A stretch of 64,000 bases of DNA, from NCBI RefSeq assembly GCF_009914755.1, contig NC_060933.1. The stretch is one strand, 5' to 3'. Below the pieces are notes generated by a model that was not told where the DNA came from, searched no databases, and saw only the letters and a list, made by a program, of their open reading frames with translations. A program made the translations under genes and the position numbers. This stretch comes from the human T2T-CHM13v2.0 reference genome, Homo sapiens. The stretch's first letter is position 1; each line of letters opens with the position of its first letter. Shown piece by piece: positions 1-20,230 of this stretch.

Positions 1-199
1 CAAGCGATTCTCCTGCCTCAGCCTCCCGAGTAGCTGGGACTACAGGCGTCTGCCACCTTGCCTGGCTGATTTTTGTATTTTTAGTAGAAACAGGGTTTCA
101 CCATATTGGCCAGGCTGGTCTTGAACTCCCGACCTTGTGATCCGCCCACCTCAGCCTCCCAAAGTGCTGGGATTACAGGCGTGAGCCACCGCGCCCAGC
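1..199 (-). mobile_element. Alu (cut by window edge)
   Basis: Antisense Alu consensus. Confidence 0.95.
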
Positions 200-895
200 T
201 GAATGAACTCACTTTTTCTATTTATTAAGTTTTACCAGCTAACATTTCTAGTTGATTTTCATGAGTACAATATCCCTCATCCCTCTCCCTCTTACATCTC
301 ACATGTACTCTAAAATTCGATCTTGCTTGTTCTATTGTTTCTTGAAGTTTATTGTTAATTGAGTTTAATGGCCCTGTTTATTCACAGTTCTTTGTTTTAT
401 TGCATTTATTAATAGTATCCCTCTTTCACTTCATTCGTTTTTTTCAAATACCTAGCTTTGTGCTCACCTCTGTAACTGAAATCCTGCTAGATTATTGTTA
501 AAAACTGCATCTGCTTGGCACAGCCTGTTTCTGGGAGAAAATCTGGCAATATGCTTATAGGTAACCTATATTAAGTAGTAAACAAGAACAGAATACAGAG
601 TAAGACACACTGCTGAAAAAAACACTAGGAGAGCCAGTTTTCAGGGTGGTAAATACTCTCTACTACTCTTTTGTCTTGCTATGAACGAGGACCATGATGC
701 TTTTCAAAGAACTCAAAGCTAATTACTATTATCATCATCTGTAAACAGACATTTCTGACACTCCCTTCCTGGTCCAAGGCATTTCCTGTGACTAGCAATT
801 CTACTCCTAGACTTACATCCTAATGAAACTTTTGCACATGTACACAGAGAAATGCACACACAAAGGTTCCTAACAGTATTGTTTATAATACTAAG

Positions 896-1288
<393 letters not shown>

Positions 1289-1561
1289 CTATTGCTACTG
1301 CTATCAACATTAAAAACAGAATGCTTAATAAACAGTCAAAGAAAAATACATTTAAAGGAGAACAGGCAAAAACCAAAATCACATTATCTTAACAGTACAT
1401 TCCTAAGTATTAAAAACTATGACTGAACAGGGAATAATGTCAAATTCCAGAACAAGGTTACCCTCTAAGAAAAATGAAGGGGAACGGTAGCACCTGAGGC
1501 CTTTGAGGGATCAATAACACTAATTTTCACCTAGGTGGTGGGTGTATGTATTTGTTAGCCC

Positions 1562-1969
<408 letters not shown>

Positions 1970-2249
1970 TAACTGTACATTTGTTTTATTCATCATAAAA
2001 TAGGAAGACTACAGCAGGTACTCAGGCCTTAACTTTGCAATAACTATACTTTCTCATGCTTATTATATTTAATAGCTATAAAATACTTTATCTGCTAGCC
2101 ATATACTATCTTACCTAAAAACATTCCCATGTAATTGGTTAATAAGGTACTGGGTAATGTAAAAGTCTTAATGTCTCAACAGAATAGAGCTCAGAGACAG
2201 GTTTATGTTCTTTCAGCTGGAACACAGAATGCTGGTTTTAAGATCCCTT

Positions 2250-2933
<684 letters not shown>

Positions 2934-3159
2934 CCTTCCTAACTCAAGATCATTGATATTCCTTCAACATCCTGGATATGCACCTCACAATGCACTCACT
3001 ATTTCCCTGGGATATGAAATACATGACCTCTGGCAACAAATAATGAGGAAGAAACTCAGGAAGAAATGCACTCCTCTAGGATGAAAAGACAAGGGCCAAA
3101 TCCCATTGCCTAAAAGTTGAACTAAACTTGTCATCTTTTCATACCACGGGCTCCACAGT

Positions 3160-3491
<332 letters not shown>

Positions 3492-3905
3492 TAAGCTCCT
3501 AATTGCCTTTGAGGATACAGAAGGAAAAGGAATGGAGTAGAAAAGGAGTAGCTCATTTCTAAGACTTCCATATATCCTTACAGTTATGAACTACAAAATG
3601 CATCTTCTAATAGTCAAGATCGCAGGCTAGTCCACAACAATCTGTACCTTAAGTAGCTAATTTCATATATAATGGCATCGACTGATTTTAGCCTCTTTCC
3701 ATTTCTTCATCTGTCAATGATAAGCTAAATAAACTCTTCTAACCTACTGGAAATCTAGGCAACTTTCTTTTTCGTGAGTGAATGTACGTGTATATGTGGT
3801 GATGTGTTTATGAAATGCCTACAGAAAAAATGTTTTCTGATGTTAAATATACTCACAAATCTACCAATGGAAGAAAACTTAAGAAATAAATTGTAATCAA
3901 CTAAC

Positions 3906-4099
3906 CTTCTTCTGTTGCGTGCAGGTGTGTTGCATCGTTCCCCTGAGAAGTGATGTTGGCTTGGTCGAACTGAAGGGGGCTGCCTATTTGATGTCATCTC
4001 CCATGGTCGCATTGGTGGTGAGGGAGCTGGTGATGCTGATGTATAATCAAAGACTGAATGAGAGAGGCGCTGTCTCTTAGGACTTGGACTATCTTCACT
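3906..4099 (-). CDS. RNF38: RNF38 coding exon 3 (194 nt, SEDSPSPKRQR...RNRR), containing the internal MRPWE start (ATG 4012-4010)
   Basis: Acceptor ttttgttgcattggcag|AGT, donor AG|GTTAGT (phase 2). Contains the basic PKRQR NLS-like motif and the MRPWE motif shared by RNF38/RNF44. Confidence 0.95.
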
Positions 4100-4569
4100 C
4101 TGCCAATGCAACAAAATGGATCAACTGAGTAAGATCTTTTAAAGATTTCACATTACTGCATATGCACAGGTGTTAGGATGTACTTAACCTAAAATCTAAA
4201 AATGTAAAGCGGGGAAAAAAATATATGCTATCAATTCAAATTTAAAACCTTTAAAAAATGCTGGGATGGGGTAGAACAGGGGAGGGAGATGCACAGTAAA
4301 TGATACGAAGTGAAAAATAAGCTTTGTTTTTAAAAACTCATTCTAAGGCAAATGAGGTAACGACATATAGGGTATAAAACAGCATAATAAAACTTTCGTG
4401 TAGTACTCGACCTTCTCTTTAAATTCCCAAACCACCTGAAAAATTACACTACACTACAATCTCCCATCAATAAGACATCAATTCTCAGCTGTGAGTTCAG
4501 CTTAGTAGGAGATATAATTTGAGTAGGCCCTCAATTTGATTCTAAATCACACTCCTCTCCCTCCTTCTA

Positions 4570-4945
<376 letters not shown>

Positions 4946-5595
4946 TTAGACAGATAAAGAAATAGCAGATTTACATGATCAGTTCTTAACTAGAATATCA
5001 CAGCAGTTTGGAAGTACTTTTAAAGTTTTCAAGGGTCCCACATGGACTTACTAGCTACAAAACTGATATGGATCACTTAATTGCATTAATAACACTCCAG
5101 GGTTCTCCACCTGACTCAATTTCCCAAATCAGTCTACCCAAAAATATCAAAGTTACAAATTGACTGAAAATTTGATAAGGCTGTGTGTTTTCTAATAGAA
5201 CGTCTATCTCCAATCTATTACTGCAAGTTCTAATTAGTTGGGCATTACAGTACTTTTGGTTGCAAAATAATTAGTACCTGCAGCTACCATAAAAATCATC
5301 TTATACCACTGCAAAAATATACAGGATTATAAATTAGTGTTAGATTTTAAATAAGCATATAAATCAGAACTGATTATTTAAGCTGAAAGGAATGAAGCAA
5401 ATTGGTAAATGGCTACATTTGATCTTTCCAAATTACTTAGCAGTATTCCAAAAACCATGTCATTTCCCTTCTATATTTAGGAGATATTATAATCAATTTT
5501 ATTATCATTATAATTAAAATACAAAACACAAAAGCATTTTGTTCTAACTTTCCTACCACCATACTAACCTTATTTTCTCCCTAGATTTAACTGTA

Positions 5596-5910
5596 CAGTC
5601 GTCCCTCAGTATTCTAGGGAGTTGGTTCCAGAGACCACTCCCCCATACCAAAATCTTAAGACGCTCAGGTTCCTGATATAAAATGGTGTCGTATTTGCAT
5701 ATAACGTACACACATCCTCCCATATACTTTAAATCTCTAGATTACTTAATAATATCAACACAATACAATATAAATGTTTTATAAATAGCTGTTATACTGT
5801 ATTTTAAAATTTGTATTATTCTGTATTGTTGTATTGTTACTTTTATTTCATTTTTTCTGACTATTTCCCATCCGTGGTTGGTTCAATCTTTGGGTAAGGA
5901 ACCACCAACT
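5596..5910. mobile_element. MER2 (TcMar-Tigger) element
   Basis: tacagtcgtccctcagta...ataccaaaatc...atataaaatgg...tttgcatataac. Confidence 0.8.
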
Positions 5911-6141
5911 AATCTAGTAAAAGTACAGTTATTTTCATCCTTTAATTTTAGTGAGAAAGTTAGTTATGTTCTGATAATCCTAAAACTTAAAAAAAAAGGT
6001 AAATAACCACTGAAATTTAAATATTCTGATTTTTTTTAAAAGGTAGAACAATCAAGACCTGACAAACTTGCACATGAACTACATGAGCACCAGAAACAGG
6101 CTGGCTGCACAACTGGTGAAACAGATTTGATTAACACTGAC

Positions 6142-6446
6142 TTTTTTTTTTTTTTTTTTTTTTTGTGAGACGGAGTCTTGCTCTGTTGCCCAGGCTGGAG
6201 TTCAGTGACGCCATCTTGGCTCACCGCAACCTCCGCCTCCTGGGTTCAAGTGGTTCTCCTCCCTCAGCCACCCGAGTAGGTGGGACCACAGGCATATGCC
6301 ACCATGCCCAGCTAATTTTTTGTATTTTTAGTAGAGACGGGGTTTCACCTTGTTAGCTAGGATGGTCTTGATCTCCTGACCTCATGATCTGCCCATCTCG
6401 GCCTCCCAAACTGCTGGGTTTACAGGTGTGAGTTACCATGCCCAGC
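6142..6446 (-). mobile_element. AluS with TSD (ttaacactgacttt)
   Basis: Full dimer with flanking repeat. Confidence 0.95.
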
Positions 6447-6864
6447 TTAACACTGACTTTTTAAAAACAAAATGCTAGTAACGAATCATGATCATTAGCT
6501 TTTCATACATACCCCACATTGTATATCCTACTCTGAATAAGCCTAATGTAAGCTAAGACACAGAACTTTGAATTCTAAAAATTCACTACCTAAAATGGAG
6601 GCGAATGCTACAGATACTCACGATAAAGGTCAAATGACCAGAGAAAGCCCTTAGTTTATAAACCTTTATATATTTTCAGTGATGTTCAAATTGTGGGCTA
6701 AAAATGTTCTTACTTTACAAGACATGCAAAGCTTTTAAAAGTAGAGGTAAGGAAAGTGGCTGCGAAAAGTAAAGTTACCATCACTTCTCTTTGTGCTATG
6801 ATGGTGACAAAGAAGAGACAAAGAATGGGAAGTGAAGGGAGCTATTCATTAGAGTACTTACTAC

Positions 6865-7171
<307 letters not shown>

Positions 7172-7229
7172 AATAAGTTTACTTTCTAACTCAAAGTCAC
7201 AGGAAACTACAATGACTAAATACAGGCAA

Positions 7230-8766
<1,537 letters not shown>

Positions 8767-9238
8767 TAACAAACATGCTTTTAAAATGCAGTGCTAAATG
8801 CAGGGGAAAAAAGGGAAATCATCAAGGACTCAGAAACTGAGGAAAACTGAAGACCAAATTTGTATTTTTGATGCTCTCAAGAGGAATAGAAGATAAGGCC
8901 TTATGACTGAGACCCCTACATGAAGTAGTCAAAATTTCCAAAGTAGTACACTTAAAAAGGAAGACAAGAAAAAGTCATTCCAGTGGAAAAGAGAAGGAAA
9001 CGTCAATAAGGAAATGTCTGCTCTGTGTTGACTTCGAGTGGAAGTGGGTTTCTCCCGTGAGAATTCAAACTTAGGTTCACTCCTCACACCCTATTTGGGG
9101 TTCAGATTTTCACGATCCATGCTGTCTGTGAACCTCTAAACATAAAAACATAAAAACTCATCCAGAACTACGCTACTACAAGGTCTCTTTACATGAGTAA
9201 ATACAAAACTGAATCTGGAAGGATATTCCCACTGCTTT

Positions 9239-9903
9239 TGTAAACTAAAAATAAAATCCCCCCCAAATGACTGAACTGACTCTCTCTTGACTACAGAGAC
9301 CCCAGAGAAACTAGAAAAATTGAGTTCTTGGCCTGGACAGGAAGGAAGACTAGATACACCTCATTTTATCTCTCCATCCCCTGCTTCTGGAGTTTAGGCA
9401 AAACTGACCAGCATTAATGTTAAAATAGAAATTATAGGACCTAACAGAATGGACTTTTTGTGACAATAAGATACCAAATTATAAACAGGACCTAAGGCCA
9501 AGCCAGACAAGGGTTAACTCACACACCCCTACAGGTCACTCTAACCCAGTGTATTGGTTAACAGACTTTCTTATAAGATTCCCTTCTGCTGAATCCAAAT
9601 TTTTAGACAAAGCTTTACTCTATAAACCAACTGCAAATTACAGAATCTCATCTCTGAATCCACCTAAAATCTTTAAGTCCTCACTTCAAGATATTCTGTG
9701 TCTTTTCGGTTTGAAACAATGTATACTTTCCATGTATTGATTTATGACTTTGTAACTCCTGCCTCCCTAAAACTGTAATTCGACTGTAGTGGGTACATTT
9801 CCTTGGGACCTCCTGAGACTGTTTCCCAGACCATGGTCACTCATATTGTCTCAGAATAAACCTCTTTAAAATGTTTTTACAGAGTTGGGTCTTTCCATTA
9901 ATA
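9239..9903 (+). mobile_element. MER4-group ERV1 solo LTR
   Basis: TGTAAACTAAAAATAAAATCCCC...gaccccagagaaac start and tcagaataaacctctttaaaat 3' end are typical of MER4 LTRs. Confidence 0.75.
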
Positions 9904-9909
9904 CCTATG

Positions 9910-10045
9910 CCAGTAGTTCTCAAACCTTCATGCTTCAGAAACACCAGATTGCTTGCTGGCCTCACTCCCCCGTCTCTAATTCAGAAAGTCTGGACCAGAG
10001 GTCCATGAACTGTCATCTCTACTATTATCCCAGGTGATGATGCTT
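9910..10045. mobile_element. MER5A-like hAT MITE remnant
   Basis: cagtagttctcaaac...ctaattcagaaagtctgg...ccaggtgatg. Confidence 0.5.
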
Positions 10046-11166
10046 GGATAATTTAGATTTTGAATTATCAGGCAGAGAAGTTCTTTCCCTCCTCTCCTTG
10101 TTGATTCTAGGCCAGTGGACCAACTTTTCAAAGTACCAAGTGTTGACAATTTAAAATTCATAAGATGTTGATTCAAATCTGGTACAAGTACTGTCTCTAT
10201 TATTTAATAATATAGAACGTTGTACAGACATTACAGTATAGAACACTGCTACAGATTTAGGGATCAAGGGAGGTCAAAGAGGTCATAATGGGAGGAAGGA
10301 AGGAAAGGCAGGTTTTATGCTTAGCATTAAATCTGATAAAAATGAGTCTAGGAGTACACCTCTATTAACACCAAACCATTTTTATTACCAAAACATCAAC
10401 AGAAGTGAAATGAACCTGAGGCAGGCATAAGAATGCATTCCATAATTCCAGATGAACAAGTCAGAAGTCATTAAAGGCTAAAGAAAAACAATTTTATATG
10501 TAATATATATCTTGGGTTTATATATATATCAGCAAGTCTTAGAGATAATAGGAGATGCTGAGCCAGACAAACTTTTCCCAAAACAGAAACAGGTTTCAAG
10601 TTCTACTCAGTGACTACAACATGCCTCTAATGGCAACCACTAGTGAGCCCTAAGGACTTCCTTCCCAAAGCAGCAAAGAGGCAACTTGTGTGGGGAAATG
10701 GAATTTCTCAAGAACCTGGTCCTCTTTCTAATCAGTCAGGACTACTCTTCACCTTAGATTTACAAATAAGCACAGCATGAGTTAAGAATCTTCAATTCTC
10801 CTTTAAACTCCCAGACTTTCTCTACTTGCCTTAATTACCTTTAACAAAAATGAAGTTTCTTATTCCACAATTAAGGAAAAACAGTTAAATGCAAAGGGCC
10901 CAGGAAGAGCAAACTCTCACTAAATTTTATTCATTTTAAATAAATGTGAAAACACTTAGAAATCAACACTCTATATAAGCAACTTGTTACTAAAAAATAA
11001 GACAAGATCCTTTTTTGTTTTGCAGAAGATGGATATAAGCTGGGGAAAGCAGAAAATTAAGAATTTTATATTTGGATCACACAATAGTTTACAAAATGAC
11101 TTCTAACATTACCTCATTTTATTCTCCACAAGCTGAGGTTTTCATTTTTAAACTATGTCCAGATAA

Positions 11167-11462
<296 letters not shown>

Positions 11463-11691
11463 TAAATGTGTTTCTATTAGTGAAACTGAAACTTTTTAAG
11501 GCAGTTCAGTGAACATGCTGCCCTTGAACTACATAATGTACACAGTCTCATTTCACATAGGACTTTCATTTGATGTATAATTCTTATACTCCTCAGATCA
11601 CAATTTTGCAATGAAATTCTGTCTCTCAACCAGACAACTAATATATTCTCCTGAAATGTTATTTTACTTGCAGATATAGAAGAGGCTCTGA

Positions 11692-11733
11692 ATGTTGTTT
11701 TCAAAAGTTACCATGTTGTTTTCAAAAGTTACC
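11692..11733. repeat. Perfect 21-bp tandem duplication
   Basis: atgttgttttcaaaagttacc x2. Confidence 0.95.
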
Positions 11734-12239
11734 ATAAACATGCAGAAACAAAAAAATTTTGCTCTTTGATACGTGCCAAGTTTTTTTTTTTTTAAACCGA
11801 AGCCCAAAGAAAATAACAGTTTGATATGCAGTGGCTGCTCAGAAAGGCACTCTAGTAGTATAACGTATTGCAATCACACCATGATGAATAGTAAAATACG
11901 GTATTTTCCTATCATTGGCTATAACTGCTAGTCCACCAAAACACAGGAACTATAAATAAAGTGGTTTCCTAAGTCTAAGGAGGCCTGCATGGCTAGTATT
12001 TGAGTAACAGACTAGTGATGTTATATACTATATTTTTCACAGTTCCTAATTACACAAAACATCACTGGTTCACAAAAACTAATTTAGCTTGATGCTACAA
12101 TTGTAAGTATCACTATATTTCTACCAGAATACTAGATTCTACTCATGTATCTGTAACTATAATAATTTTAAGCTATAATTATAGATAAGAGACTAAAACA
12201 AAAAATCTAAAGTATAAACATGAAACCAGTGAAAATAGG

Positions 12240-12562
12240 AAAGATACTAAAACAACCTGAAATCAAGAGATCCTTTGAGAGATACCCCGCCTGGAGGTGT
12301 TCTGTAAACAGCTGAAGCTCAGAGGGTAGGAATATAAATTTAGGAGTGTTGATATACAGATCATCATTCATGAAGCTGCAGACATAGACAAAATTGCCCC
12401 TCAAAAGTTTATGTAATGAAAACAAGGCCCAATACGGAAACCTAAGAAACACCAACATTTAATGCTGGGTACTTGATTAGCAGGAGGGTGGAGTGTGATG
12501 GAAGCCAGGCGAAGGAGGTTTCAAGGATGCAGGATGAAGGGCTGAAAAATATCCACCAGATG
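12240..12562 (+). mobile_element. L2 fragment hosting the Hsmar1 insertion (resumes ~14156-14190)
   Basis: L2-like 3' sequence (tataaatttaggagtgttgatatacag...gatggaagccaggcgaaggagg) on both sides of the TA target. Confidence 0.55.
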
Positions 12563-12564
12563 TA

Positions 12565-14153
<1,589 letters not shown>

Positions 14154-14474
14154 TACCAACACAGAGGTCTCTGACAGAGCTATTTCTTTCTAATAGGATT
14201 TGCTATCTCTTATGGCATATTTCTCCCCTTATGACAATTTTTGGAAAAGTTTTTCCCCCTTTTCTTCAATAATCTTCCATATGAATTTAAAAACAATTCT
14301 GAAAGCTCTAAAAACAAAATTCTGCTGATATTTTGGCTAGAAATTTCATTAAGTCTACAAATTTGCTAGAATATAGATATTTTCACAATAATTTTCTCTT
14401 TCAGAAACCTGGCATATTTCTCTATGTGTATAGCTTTTCAAATTTTCATTCACCTAATTTAACTTTAGTAAATT

Positions 14475-15295
<821 letters not shown>

Positions 15296-15479
15296 AATTT
15301 ACAAAATAAAAGCTATAACATAGCAGTCATTAAGATACCACAAACACCCCTAAAATTAATGGTTGTGCCAGATATAAAATTATTTCACCATGTACTTAAT
15401 TACCTTTTGAAAACTTACTATCTTCAATCACAACCATTGAATCCACTGATAGTAAAGACATGCCTAATTTTAAAACTTT

Positions 15480-16320
15480 AAGACAGGGGTTGACAGCAAA
15501 GAAACATCAGGGAATTTTGGGGGGTGTTTTATTATTCATTGTGGTGGTGACTCCACATCTGTATGCATTTGTCAAACTCACAAACCTATATGCTAAAAAA
15601 GTAAATTTTATGTTAAGTATACCTTAATTTAAAAATGTTTAAAATATTGTATGAAGCACTTTAAGATTCTAATTTTAAATATGGGTTTTTATAGAGATGC
15701 AAATGAGCCTACACTTACACCTCTTCTGTGGGCAATGAGTACACAAAGCCATCATTTTCACAGAAACATTAAAATACCAACCAAATGTGCACCGGGAAGC
15801 ACATACAAAATATTACTGGAAGCACTGCCTGTAATAGCATTAAAAAACAAAAACAAAACAAAACAAAAAAAACAGGAAACTACCCAAATGTCAAGCAAAA
15901 AGAAAGGAGACAAGCTGCAGTATAGTCATATAATAGAAAACTAAAAACAATAAAATAAATCAAGTATATACAGGCAGATACACTAGTAGGGATGAATTTT
16001 TTAAAAAGTATACAAAGTGTGACATCATTTATACTAACTTCAGAAACAAGCAAAATTAAACAGTATAATATCAAGGGATATTTTATATGGTAAAACCATA
16101 CAGAAAAACAAAAGGATACTGAAGAGAGATGTACGTGAGGCACAAGTATGGGATATAACATGGAGGGTCATATGGGGGCTTCAAAAGTGTTGGTAATGGC
16201 TGGTTTCTTATACTAGATGGTCTTATTATTATATAGATGTCTGCTTTACATTTTCTAAATTGCATATATGAAATATTTCACAAATATTATTTCACAAAGC
16301 ATGTAAAATTTAAACGAAAA
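15480..16320 (+). mobile_element. Old L1ME 3' fragments
   Basis: catttgtcaaactca, gcactgcctgtaatagc...tacccaaatgtc and other degenerate L1M 3'UTR motifs. Confidence 0.5.
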
Positions 16321-17399
16321 CCCTGAATTTTGGGCAATTAAAAAGAAGTCTTGACTAGGAGCAATACAAAACAAGCAAATATGAGAAGCAAAATGTAGAA
16401 GTTTGTAATAAACAAGGACAATGACAGAACTGATAAATAATAGATATGACTGACAAAAAAAAAGCTCAAAAACAGGATAACTTTTTTTGTTCAAAAAGAC
16501 TGGTGGTAGAAACAACAGTAAGAATCCAGGAAGTGTAGCAACACATTTTTTCTCCCATATGGCCACTTGACTAGCCACACACCCAACTCCTCATGCTTGG
16601 TGTGGGGGGTGGTGGAAATCAATCAATTAACTTCTTTACTCCTAGAGAAGGTTGATGTCCTCAGAAAAGACAGGAGTTTAAAGGAAGCAGAGAGGGTGCC
16701 TTAGAAAAAAATGAAAACACAGGCAAATCTGTTTAAAACAGATTATTCTAAAAAGAAGGAAAAGTAGAAAGAATTGGGAGAGAAGGTACTTGAGGAGAAA
16801 GCCAATAAGAAAGCATAACACATTAAGGGAATAATTTTGTGACACTAGATGGCTGGGTAGGTTTTTCTTTGCATGTGGTAACTAAGTTTTTAAGGATAAG
16901 AAGCATAACTGGAACTAACAAATTACACCCTTTTTTAAAAGATATCAACTAGCTGAAGGTATCAGTATCTCAAAGGGGTTGTGAGAAAGATCTACTTTGC
17001 TTCATGTCGAACAGTGGTAGGGCAGTTTCTGGGCAAAAAAAACCTTCTAGATCCCCCTCCACCCCCGCCCCAAAGTTCATTGAGGGCTTTGTTCTAAGGT
17101 TCAAGGAAAATAAGGCTTAAGTTAAATTAAAACTATTTAAATAAAAATTTAACAACAATACATTGCATCTTTCTGCAACACTCAAATGCAATTGGCTCTT
17201 TGTTTTGTTTTCAAAACATGAATTTAAATCTACTGCATTTGGCAGCTACTCTCTGAAATTAAAGTTTATATTGAGTTACTGTTTGAAAACACAAAGGGAG
17301 TATGGAGAAAAGTATCCAAAAAAAAAAAAAAAACCCTTTTTATTGGTGGCAGTATTAAGGGTATTAAGTCCATTTCTTCCACAAATACATAGTAGACAA

Positions 17400-17580
17400 G
17401 ATACAGCTAAAGTTAGATTGGAGCCCCTTCTCTGCCAAATAACTACATATGTGATTAGACACCTCACTGAGCTTTTCTTAGCCTGTTTCCACATCTTAAA
17501 AACTATCAATGACTAGTTTATTGTGAGGGCTAAAAACAAAAAGAGTTAATACATGCAAAGCAGAGAACCTGGCACAAATT
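17400..17580 (+). mobile_element. MIR (degenerate)
   Basis: gcctgtttccacatcttaaaa...ttgtgagggctaaa...cctggcaca. Confidence 0.5.
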
Positions 17581-18439
17581 CCAAGAAGGAATACCAGACT
17601 GAAGAGCCCTAGATCACCTATCCCTCCAAATTTTTTATCTCCAACTTTATGTGTCACAAGCATTTCACTTTCATACAAACAGAAAATGAGCTGGCTCTTA
17701 TTCAAAAGTCCCAGCCTTGATGATCAATTATTTCACTACCTCAGGTTTATACACATTGGCCTGCAATCCTACCACTCAGAGGCAATTGTGTAACCTAACT
17801 TTTGTGGTAACAGCGATACTGACTTCCACTACTAAAACATGCTTCTCTAGGAATATGGATTGAAAGTTTGGTAGCCAATGATTTCTATGGGCAGATTCCA
17901 GTAATCTTGTTAATAACCTAATGAGTTTCAATCCATTTACACACCTTACTTTCGAGTTTTCATTTTATATTTAAAAAAAAATTTTTAACTCACGTTTACC
18001 CACAGGTAAAAGAAGACAAGTAACCATGTTTTCTCTCAGAAATGTATGTTACTATCGAACTCTGGGTGCCAAGCAAGTAACTAGTGAACATCTTACATGC
18101 TTTCATTTTTCCTTTCCTACACAACTTCATATATTCTACACTATCTTCTACTTTCCTACAGAACTTGACCTATTAGGACAAGTGATTTAAGACCAAAAGA
18201 TCAAAACACAAGAATATTAAGTAGTCAAATAATTAACAGTAGCTGAGTAGCTCAAGAAGACAAACATTAGTCAGAAAAGCTGGCTGAAAAAATATTAAAG
18301 TCCTCTAAGAAGAATACTTATTTCCACATACAACAGAAAACAAGGAGACGATATTGGGCATTTTGTTTCAAGCCTTCCTAGAAACACTGTAGAATGTGAC
18401 TTTCAGCCCTATGTAGGGAAAGGGTAAATATATAAGAAC

Positions 18440-18589
18440 CTGGAAGAAAGCTTTGAAGTGAGCATCCTCTTGAACGGTAGTGTTCTGATCACTTGGGAGG
18501 AGAGGGAACAGGCTCTGAAGTCTCACCCTTTCACAAATCACCTTGTTAGGATGGCCAGGTAGAGATGCTGAATTGGCCCCGGGAGATAT
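18440..18589 (-). CDS. RNF38: RNF38 coding exon 2 (150 nt, phase 0/0 cassette, ISPGANS...AFFQ)
   Basis: Acceptor ttcctctttttcccag|ATA, donor CAG|GTTCTT, 50 codons in frame with exons 1 and 3. Confidence 0.93.
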
Positions 18590-19199
18590 CTGGGAAAAAG
18601 AGGAAGAAAAGGATAGTTCATGGCTAGCTGCACCAATGTGGAGAATCACGCCTATGAAGGATAGTCTGGATTTTCTAGGTATTTGATGATTCTGCTAGCG
18701 AAGACAGGAAAGAAATTAAAAATTAATTTTAAACATCAAAACATAAAGATGGCAAAGGTTGCCTCTGGCAATGGATCTCTCTTACAAAAACTGTTGGAGG
18801 CAAAACAGCACAGCCCAAGAACACCACGTCCTTCCTGTTTCCCAAATACCTATTGGTAACTTTTTCTGCTGGTGTTAATTCCGAAATCCTAAAGGACAGA
18901 CTTCATGCTAAGAAAACCCAAGGTAAAATTACATATCTTAAGTACAGAAAGGTTAAGTGTTTGCCTGGACCAAGATTAATACTTTTTCTCATTCTGTTTT
19001 TTAGTTAACCTTCCAAATAATCATGCAAAGGAAAATGACAGATTTAACAATATTTGTGGCAAATTTTCTATAGCAAACATATGTTTGACTGCAGAAATCT
19101 CAGCTCTATTCAACACAAACCTAAAGACCTTCCTAAGGAATAAAGGACACAATCATAAGCACAAAAGTAAATGACTGCCACATTTCCAATGCTTGATTT

Positions 19200-19295
19200 G
19201 GCCAATGCAGTGGTCACACCTGTAATCCCAGCACTTTGGTATGCCAAGGTGGGAGGATCGCCCCAGTTATCTACAAAAATTAAAAAACAAAAATA
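19200..19295 (+). mobile_element. Alu left-arm fragment
   Basis: ggccaatgcagtgg...cctgtaatcccagcactttgg, truncated. Confidence 0.8.
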
Positions 19296-19584
19296 AATGT
19301 TTGACTTGATTATGGGTTAATCCTCTTAAATTCATATGTAAATATACTTACTCTGTAACATTAAAAAAAAAATCATGAACATAATGTGTTCCACTGTGCT
19401 GTGACAGTGAATTCTTCTTGGGGGGTTAAGGCTCGTGGTCCCTTCTTGTACCTACACTAAAAGTTACATACTTTAACATGGTCTTCTTTTTAGAGTTTCA
19501 TTGCCTCATTCATTCACTCAATCCTACATTTAAGCATCTATTTGGTGACAGGCATTAAACCAAAAACAAAGGCATCGTTTCCTA

Positions 19585-19885
19585 CTTTTTTTTTTTTTTT
19601 TTTTTGAGATGGAGTCTCGCTGTCGCCCAGGCTGGAGTGCAGTGGTGCCATCTCGGCTCACTGCAGGCTCCACCCACTGGGGTTCACGCCATTCTCCTGC
19701 CTCAGCCTGCAGAGTAGCTGGGACTACAGGCGCCCGCCACCCCGCCTGGCTAATTTTTTGTATTTTTAGTAGAGACGGGGTTTCACTGTGTTAGCCAGGA
19801 TGGTCTCGATCTCCTGACCTCGTGATCCGTCCGCCTCGGCCTCCCGAAGTGCTGGGATTACAGGCGTGAGCCACTGCGCCCGGCC
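19585..19885 (-). mobile_element. AluY with TSD (cgtttcctacttt)
   Basis: Y diagnostics (ttcacgccattctcc, ttagccaggatggtctcgatc). Confidence 0.95.
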
Positions 19886-20127
19886 CGTTTCCTACTTTCA
19901 AAAAGTATATGCTATAAGAAAGAAACAAAAGTAAATCACTGCAGGATGTAAGTATTATGGTAACGCTAGGCACTAGGTGCTATGGAGAAGTAGCTGCCAA
20001 GAGACAGCAGTGTAGTCAGGAAACTGCAAAACGTTTAGTATGGCTAGATAGTAAGGAAGCAGCCAGAAACCGATCATAAAATGAAATGCTATTAATATCC
20101 CTGCTGTTAATATATTAATACCCTTAC

Positions 20128-20230
20128 CTTCCTTAGCCTTTTTATAGTATTTTGTTTCTGCTTTGCTATGGACCTGGTAAACAGATAACTGTGCCCACTG
20201 GTAAGAGTAAAAATACTTCCAAAGACTCAC
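20128..20230 (-). other. Candidate recursive-splicing (RS) / poison exon, 103 nt
   Basis: ctttgttttttacttctag|GTGAGT at the 5' end and GAAG|GTAAGG at the 3' end. Confidence 0.5.
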
